Shown in pieces: positions 1 through 64,000 of a DNA stretch of 64,000 bases. The position numbers were made by a program, and so were the translations under genes. This DNA comes from the human T2T-CHM13v2.0 reference genome, Homo sapiens, in the NCBI RefSeq assembly GCF_009914755.1, contig NC_060943.1; one strand, 5' to 3'. Below the pieces are notes generated by a model. The model was not told the origin of the DNA. It was given only the letters and a program-made list of their open reading frames with translations, and searched no databases. The stretch's first letter is position 1. Each line of letters starts with the position of its first letter.

Positions 1-18
1 TAAAAAAAATCACTCAAG

Positions 19-2790
<2,772 letters not shown>

Positions 2791-3289
2791 GAGCCACCGC
2801 ACCCAGTGAAGAAGCAATTTCTTTAGAGCATTGTAGCAGACTCAGAATCCAGGGCGCCAAGCAGGGTATAGTCACCCTGTCTTCACCTAAAGTCCAGATG
2901 GAGGAATAGAACTTGACAGGGAGAGCCACCTTAGAAACTGATCTCCCCAGGGTGATTCGGCGGGGAAAGAAGGGCTCCCGGGTGCTGAATTCACCCACTC
3001 CCTTCCCAGGGCATCATCCCAGATATGGTCAGTGACAACATGTTGTCCCGCCCGGAGAGCCGGGGCTTCCTCATCGATGGCTTTCCCCAGGAGGTGAAGC
3101 AGGCCATGGAGTTTGAGCGCATCGTGAGTGGCCCTGAAGTGTGGGTGTGGGTGTGTGCGTGTCTGTGTGCATGTGTGGAGGTGTGAGGCCATCCCTCCCC
3201 GCCCACCTTGGATAAGGCTGCACAGACTAGAGATAAGAAAGGCTGAGATACAAGGAGAGAGGAGATGCTGAGAGGGAAATGGAGTTTTT

Positions 3290-14400
<11,111 letters not shown>

Positions 14401-14438
14401 CAGACCAGGGTGGCCTGATTATTCCTTACGTGCCCAAA

Positions 14439-14473
<35 letters not shown>

Positions 14474-15989
14474 AACAGACCAGGGTGGCCTGATTATTTC
14501 TTACCTGCCCACGTAATCCTAGATACCTGGTTTCTGGGGAAGCCGGGGTTCTGGAGCCACTGTGCCTGGTCCCTCCACACCCAGCCCCCTTGTTCGGGTT
14601 CCTAGGTGGGCCAGGCCCCCAGCGTCGTCATCGTGTTTGACTGCTCCATGGAGACGATGCTCCGACGAGTGCTACACTGGGGCCAGGTGGAGCACCGGGC
14701 AGACGACTCGGAGCTGGCCATCCACCAGCGCTTGGACACGCACTATACCTTGTGTGAGCCGGTCTTGACCTACCAGCGCAATAACCTGCTCTGAAACGTA
14801 GGTGCTCCCCGCTTCTGGCTCACTGCACCCCAACCCCTAGGGAACAAGTCTGGCTTTAACAGTCCAGGGTCACCCGGGCCTGGTCCTCGCTTTCCTACCA
14901 GGTAACCTGGGGGATTCCCATTCCCCCAGGAAATGCCTTGAGAACCCAGCCTTGGCTCACGTGGGAAGGCAATGGGACACTGGTGGGGCCTCCATGCACG
15001 CCCTCACACAGCAGTCAGCAACACAAGCTTTCCTGACCCTGTCCCCTCTCCCTTCACGTGCATGCCTCTGGGATTTTCCCAGGGTCTGAGCGGGAGAGGG
15101 TGGTGTCCCTGCCGTGGGGCCCAGACCTGACCCCTGCGGCTCCCCTTTCTCTAGATCCCGGCAGAAGCAGCACCAGAGAACATCTTTGCCAAGTGCTGCT
15201 CTGTCATTGAGAGTCTGCAGTGAGACAGAGGGGCTGGGGGTGGGCCTTGCCCCTCACCGGAACCCGTGCAGTACGTGGGAAGGGTGCGTACCTAGGAGGT
15301 GAGACCTCCAGAAAGGGGGACCGATGCCCCCTGTGATTCCAGAGCAACAGGTTCCCTTTCCCGGGGTCTGTTTCCCCACCAGGGAGGTTGGCCAGGGGCC
15401 ACCAAGGAACATGCCCCACTGGGCCAGGTGCCTGGCACACCTGCATGGGTCAGGGGACTGTCAACAGCCCCCCCTAGAGGCCACAGCTGTTACTGGCTCC
15501 TGCCGGGGCTATCACCAGGCCCATGAGCCCAGGACATCTAAGATGAAGCGAGTTTTAAACGCTGGCATTCAGCCACAACCTCAGAGACCCTGCAGCTGCA
15601 TGCGGGGCTGCAAGACACCTGCCCAGGTCCAAACAGCTTGGGTGGCCCCTCGGTGCCCTCTCCCACCTCACATCCGGTCCCATCACCCAGCGAGCACTGA
15701 CGCGGGCCTGGCTCCCACCTCAGGGCTCTGAACGTTAACAGGCCAGAGGACCTCCTGTAGCAACAGCCCATCCATGGGAACGCCGGTCCCTGAGGCCCTC
15801 CTAAGCGCCTTGCTCCCCAAGGTGCTGGAGGGAAACTGGGTAGGGGAAGACAGCAGTGCTGGGCTCAGCCAGCCTCCCCTTCCCACATCGGAAGGGGAAA
15901 GTCTTGGGGGGCCACACCCCACTCTAATTGGCTGAGACTTGCTCAACTTGTTTCCTCTCACAAACACAACTGCGGCCAGCACGCAGTCT

Positions 15990-16994
15990 TTTTTAAACAA
16001 AAAGCACTTTATTTAACAAAAAAAAAAGGGGGGGGGGGCACGGTTAGGAAAGCACATTGAGCCTGAAGAAAACTATTTTATATTTTTCTTAAAAAAAAAA
16101 AAACACAAAGTTTGTAAATTTCAATCACCATTATCAGGCTTTTTAAACAACATCTATAAAGAACAAACATCCGCTTCAAAACTACAGGGAGGGAAGGAAA
16201 GGGGGGGAGACAGACAGCACCCGCAGACGGGGAGGTTTTGTTATCATTTATTTGTGAAGTTAAAAACGAGCGATAAAAAGTAAAAACTGCCATACAATTT
16301 TTTTTGTTGTTCTCATTTTGTTTTCAGTTTCAATCTCCTCTTGAACAGATGAAAAGACAACAGACCAGTCCTGGGAGGGGGGACGGGCGGGGCCGCGGGA
16401 GCTGAGCCAGGGCGGGAGGGAGAGAAGAGGGGGCTTGGCTGCTGGGGGAAGGGGTCCTGCAATACAACACCTGGTCCAAGGAATGTTCCACCTCTAACTA
16501 AAAAAAAGAAATAGCAAGAGTGACTTTTTTTTTTCCTTTTTAAAAGTTTATTTTAAAAACAAGAGGGCCGAGGGTGGGAGAAAATGAATTGCTTTATCCT
16601 CAGAGAGGCAGGTTCAGGAAGGCTGGGGGGTGAAGAATAGAGACTTTTTAATATATATATATATAATTTTATAAGTTCTGCTTTGCTCTTTGTGTTTTTA
16701 ATTTTTAAGTTTTTTTTTTTTTTGGCAGAGATTTAGATCTCGCTATCTTCTCTGGCTGGCTCAACATGGAAGGATCCCAATTTTGAAAGAAAAAGCATGT
16801 GAGACACAGAACAGGCGAGAGAGTGAGGGCCCGGCATGCCCCCAAGTCCCCCCCACCCTGCTTGCCGCGAGGGCTCCCCAGTACTCCCCACGGCAGCCAT
16901 CGCTCTCTCGCCAAACAAAACAGAAGCCCCCAAACAGAACAAAATGGAAAAAAAAAAGATTTTTCACAGATGAAGAAGTTCACATTCATTCGAT
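15990..16994 (-). other. KHSRP: KHSRP 3'UTR, U-rich, with several poly(A) signals
   Basis: Follows the stop at 16995. Minus-strand AATAAA at 16547-16552, 16247-16252 and 16008-16013; ATTAAA at 16697-16702 and 16647-16652. The end coordinate is approximate. Confidence 0.8.
16008..16013 (-). terminator. Distal KHSRP polyadenylation signal AATAAA
   Basis: tttatt on the + strand, followed on the minus strand by GT/U-rich downstream sequence (GTTGTGTTTGTG near 15960-15970). Confidence 0.75.
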
Positions 16995-27584
<10,590 letters not shown>

Positions 27585-28937
27585 GGCGCGGCGGGGCCGG
27601 GCCTGGCGCGGAGGCTGAAGCTGAGGAGGCGGCGGCGGCGGCGGCGGCTCAACGCGGGAACAAGGCCTCGCTCCACACGGCCGCGGAGCACTCTGGGAAC
27701 CCAGCCGCTGGGAGGACGACGAGGGGGGAGAGAGTCGCCCCTCCCGCCGCCGACGTGACGGACGACTCCGGCGGGCCAATGGGAGGCAGCCGCCGCACCC
27801 CGGACACCAATCGCGAGCTCTGTAGGAGGTGGCCAATCGGAGTGCAATGAGGGGCAGTGGGCGGGAGGCTCAGAGTGACTGACAGCTCTCAGAGGCAATA
27901 GCTGCGAGCTGCCCGTGCTGGGCGGGCAAATGAAGGAGATCTGAGAAGGCAGGAGGCCCAATGAAACGCGAGTGCCAGATTCGCGGGGCGGCTTCAGAAT
28001 TAGATTGACGGTTCTGAAGAGTCACGTGGACTGTAAGGCCGGGCCTAGTGGAAGACTCCTATGGACCGGCTGGGTGGGCGTTAGGTTTGATAGTCGTGGA
28101 CACAAGCCAATGAATGCACGTGAGAGGTGGTGCTTGTAAAGATGGGCAGCCAATTAATCCAATTCCTGACGAGTTCTGGGTGATGAGGTTGGCTTTGGAC
28201 TTTAATTGCTTCCCTTGTTAACCAGAATCCTTTTCTATCCCTGACTTCTAAGCCAATGGCTGAGCGACATGGGTGGGTGTTCGGTGACTGACACTGGTCT
28301 GGACAAATGGGAATGAAGGAAATCAAAGCGCCCACTTTTGGTGGGAGCCAGTGGAAGCGCCGCTGCATTGGGGCGGAGTCGGCCACCAGACAGCGAGGGG
28401 ATTAGCGGGAACTGTAGTGAATGGCAGCCGACGTGGGCGGTGGCAATCGGCTGCCCGAACTCAGGCCTGATGTCTGGGTTAGCTCACCGGCAGCCTGGTT
28501 GGGTAGGCCCGGCACGTGGCCCGCTTGAAGCCTTAGAGATCGAGCGCTTCCGGAGGTGGGGAGGCCGGAAAGCAGGAAACTCGGGATCCCCCGGGCCTTC
28601 TTCTCTCTCGACCCCCCATCTAGAGCGTCCAGTTCTCTTGCAGGACTCAAGGAACCAGCCCCACTCACGAGTCCAGAACCGTTCCAACAACCGGGATCGA
28701 GGGATCACAGCCTCGATCACACCCCTCACTTCACACCCCTCACTCCCTTCGCCTAAGGCCCTGGGATCCAAGCCTCAAGCTCCTATCCTAGGTCCTCACT
28801 TCCTCTCCTGGACACAAATTCCCATTCAGGACCCAGAGGCCCAAGGTCCCCAGCTCCCCTACTGGGTCCAGGGATCTCATGCACCCAGTTCCACTCCTAG
28901 GCCCAAGTATCCAGACACGTTCAGCAAAAACCATCTC

Positions 28938-28943
28938 TTTATT
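28938..28943 (-). terminator. SLC25A41 polyadenylation signal AATAAA
   Basis: tttatt about 320 nt downstream of the stop codon. Confidence 0.7.
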
Positions 28944-29265
28944 CCTTGTTGTGTGACATGTTCACCATTTCGCCCTGGAGCCAGGACGACCCACAAGGGG
29001 CCAGACTGGAGTCCACGTTTCTTGTCTCAGGCTGCACCCTGGGGAGGGAGTCCCAGGAGTTTTCTGACCCAGCACTGCCCCCCTCCACCCACCACCAACC
29101 CCAGCTTCAGGAATCTTCTGACCCAGAGCCCCACCCCCACCCCGCTTTTGCCACCAAAAACTGCCCCAGGGCCTGAACCTTGAGGCCTCGAGGGCTCTTT
29201 GGGGCCAGGGGTCATCAGGTCCTCCTGTCCCATTTCTGCCTAGGCTGTGTCGTCCAGCTCACAGC

Positions 29266-37281
<8,016 letters not shown>

Positions 37282-37349
37282 CTAGTGGGAGGATTGTGTG
37301 GGGGACCAAGAGGAGGATGAAGTCACAAACGCCCCTGTGACCTTCCTAG

Positions 37350-43395
<6,046 letters not shown>

Positions 43396-43569
43396 TTATA
43401 AACAGGGACTCCCTCCCCTGCTCCCATTTTATAGATGTGTAAACTGAGGCTCAAAGAGGGAATCATTTCCTGGCTCTTGGAACTGTGGGTGTTGGGAAGC
43501 AGCCCCTTGTCCCTTCCCTAGGGGTAGACTAAGGTGGTCCCATAGCCACCCACCCCCTTTTCAGTAAAA

Positions 43570-45489
43570 ACCACAATAAAAGAGCTTAGAAAATTTATTC
43601 CTTTTGTTCTTTTCCTTTGAAATAACACACACAGGCAGGGAGGTGGGGCGCAGTGGAGGTCGAAGGAGGTGGAAGCGTGCGGAAGTCCTCCAGCCCCTCC
43701 CCAAATCCCAGTTCCCCTTTCCAAGTCCCTCCATGGGGTCTCCAGATGATCCTAAGCTCAGAATCCAACTATGAAGTGCAGAATGTAAGGGCGCAGGGGA
43801 GGAGGACTTTGCTCCTCTCTCTGGTAGAAAAATAGATCTGGAATGAATTTGGGGATTTGGTGGTTTTTTTTTGTTTTTGTTTTTTGCATCATTGGGTGCT
43901 TGGGTTTAGGGAAGGGTGGTCTTTGCCGATTTTCTCCTGGCTTTCAACTCTGGAAGCCTGGGGAGGCCCTGATAGTGCTGGGGTGGGGACATCCCTTCAT
44001 GTGTCCCTGGCCTCAGACTGTCTCCTTGCCAGCCTCCAGGAGTGAGTGATTCCTCGGACCCCTTGGAGGAACACAGCTCTGGGGACTATTCGCCTAGAAG
44101 GTGGGAGGGGGATGGAAGATGCTGTGAAGTGTGGGGATGCAGGGAGTGGAGTGGTTCCAGGGAACAGTTTCCCCACAGGGCTGGGAGGGGGTGGCCATGC
44201 AGAGGTGGGGTGAGGGGGAATCCAGCATCCGTGCAGGTTGCAGCCAGGACCTGGGCTTCCTTCCCCACAGACTCCCTCGACCATGCAATTTCATGTCATG
44301 AGAAGCCGGCTCTGGGCACCAGTGTGTGTGGGATACTCTGTGACTGGGCTGCCAGGATCTAGACTTGGGGCCTGAACATTTGGGACCCGGCGCCTGGAAG
44401 ATTCAGATCAGAAACCGGGGATTCAGGGCTTGGGATTCAGTGCCTTGGAATATCAGGATCTGCCTTCAAGAGATGAGGTTTCAACATTGAGGGACTGGGC
44501 AGAGGGATTGGGGACCCAGAATCTGGAATCCAGCAGCTGCAGTTGCCAGGATCCACTTGCTGTGCCACTGGGGCCCCCGCACTTGTTTTAGGAGCCAGAA
44601 TCTGGTGGGTGAAGGCTTGGGAATCTGGGATCCAGTGCCTGGGGGTGGAAGGCGTAGTGCTTGAAATGCAGGGATCTGGCAGTCAGCAGAAGGATCTGAG
44701 ACCCAGTGTCGAGGTTAAAAAAAAACAAAAAACCAAAAACCAATGCAGGAATCCAGTGGGTGGAGTGAGGGGATCTGGGATCCAGTGATGGGGGCCCCAG
44801 GATCCAGGCATTGTGGTTGTCAGGATCCAGTGGTGAGGTTTGTTGACATCCAGAATCCAGCAGCTGAGCTTGGAGATCCAGGGCTCGAGGCATGGGGATC
44901 TGGGGTTGGGGATCTAGGATCCAGCGTTTCACTAGGACACTGGATCTGGTGCCTGAGGGAGGCAGGGTCTGGGTGTTGAGGTACAGGGAATCCGTGCTCC
45001 TGTGGTTGGGGTGTTGGGATCCATTCACTGATTTGTGTGGGATCCAGTGGTTAAGACGTAGAGGTCCAGGATCCAGTAGGGGGCACAGGGAAGCGTGGGA
45101 TCCACCTTAGGATGTGGGGCTGCAGGATCCAGTGATTTGGGGGATGGGGATTAAGGGCTGGGGTGTGGATAATCTTGAATCTTGTGGTTAGGGTAGCAGA
45201 CTTGAGTTGCTGAAGTAAGGGATCCACAGTTATGGTTACAGGGGGATCTGGGATCTAGTGGCTGAAGGGTGGGGATCGCATGACCCAGTGGTTGGGGCAT
45301 AGGAGTCTAGGATCCAGGATCTGGATGCTGGGATCCCATGACCCAATGGTTGGGGCATAGGAGTCTAGGATCCAGGATCTGGGTACTGGGATCTCGTGGC
45401 CAAAGAGTAGGGATCCTGTGGTTGGATCATCAGTCTCCAGTGGCTGAGGTGTGGGGGGTGAGGGATTGGGGGGACGGGCTCCGGGTCCC
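43570..45489 (-). other. SLC25A23: SLC25A23 3'UTR (about 1.9 kb)
   Basis: Unique sequence from the stop codon to a minus-strand AATAAA at 43594-43599. The end coordinate is approximate. Confidence 0.7.
44350..45435. repeat. Degenerate GGATC(C/T)-rich array in the SLC25A23 3'UTR, including a 58-bp tandem duplication (45272-45393)
   Basis: About 30 GGATCY-type words in about 1.1 kb; CATGACCCARTGGTTGGGGCATAGGAGTCTAGGATCCAGGATCTGG occurs at 45279 and 45337. Confidence 0.85.
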
Positions 45490-63129
<17,640 letters not shown>

Positions 63130-64000
63130 GGCGCCCGCCCGGGGGGGAGGGGAGGCCCGGCAGCGGCGGCCTCAGTGGGGGCTTCGCGGCTCCCCCTCCC
63201 CCCCCGGGACCCCGCAGGGTCAGCTCCCGCGGCCGCCGGCTCCGCAGCCTCCGCGCAGTCCGCTCGGCTCTGGCACTTGCGGGAGGTGGTGACGGCTAGC
63301 CGTCGCCGCCCGCGCCAGAACTTGCGTCTCCTCCCCCGACCTGCATTGGGGGGAGGGGACCGAGGGCGGAGCTGGGGGCGTGGGGAGGGAATGTCTGGGA
63401 TGGTCTGGTATTGCACAGCCGAGGAACACCAGAGTTCCTTCTGGGAAGACGGGCTAGGGAGCTCAGTGGTCTCAGGTCTGGTTTCAGAGTTCCGCCTCTG
63501 CGTGCCTCAGTTTACCCTTTCCCCCTTTGCCCAAGGGGGCAAGGTAGAGCGCTGTCGGGGATTGGGTTTCATAATCCCCTTCCACTTGACCTCCCCGCCA
63601 CACCCACTAATCTTCAGGAACTCAAGTTCTCGCTTTTCCCAGACGCACGCAAGAACCGTGCACCATCTCGCTCGCTCTCTGCCCGCCCGCGCCTTACACC
63701 TTCTCCGCTCGGCCGCAGAAACAGAAGATCCAGGAGCGATGCTCTCCCACTGTCCCTTCTTCCCGCCCGCGCGCTTCCTTTCTCGGTTCCCACTCTGACT
63801 GGGAAACAGAAAATCAACGCGCGGCGCGGCTGCAAAGTCGGTTTCCTATTGGTCAGCGCCTCCTGGGCTGAGCCCGCCCGCCCCGCCTCTTCTCCCACCT
63901 AGGCGGGGCCTCCCCGCAGACCCCCGACTGCCTCCAGCCCGCAGTCCCACCGCCTGCCAGGAGATCTTAAAGGGGCCGCGGCCGCAATCAGACGCTGAGC

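Noticed and set aside
14792-14794. In-frame TGA as possible selenocysteine or readthrough codon
   Set aside because: It aligns to an Arg position in AK1, I see no convincing SECIS, and other catalytic Arg residues are also lost; CGA>TGA decay is the simpler explanation.
28338-29183. 281-aa + strand ORF antisense to the SLC25A41 3' end
   Set aside because: GTG start, no recognisable domain, and C-rich composition; no support for coding.

Overview
Human (primate) genomic DNA, Alu-dense and GC-rich, which I recognise as the chr19p13.3 KHSRP-SLC25A41-SLC25A23 region. Three complete minus-strand genes were reconstructed by hand from splice sites, and the exon sums close exactly: KHSRP (20 coding exons, 711 aa, final intron GC-AG; retaining it gives 747 aa), SLC25A41 (7 exons, 370 aa) and SLC25A23 (10 exons, 468 aa). 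On the plus strand are the last three exons of an intron-containing adenylate-kinase (AK1-like) gene. Its splice sites are intact but it carries a few CpG-type lesions, so it is a candidate recently lost gene and the most interesting item here. Other points of interest: a 3'-tailed mirtron (MIR3940) in KHSRP; Alu-, L2- and LTR-derived alternative exons of SLC25A23; a GGATCC-rich degenerate array in the SLC25A23 3'UTR with a displaced copy inside an LTR-derived alternative last exon; a 1-kb polypurine tract next to (AT)n; and a nested inverted Alu pair. Most ORFs in the supplied track are Alu or low-complexity artefacts. No prokaryotic-type system (CRISPR etc.) is supported. Gene names and repeat families come from recognition, not database searches.
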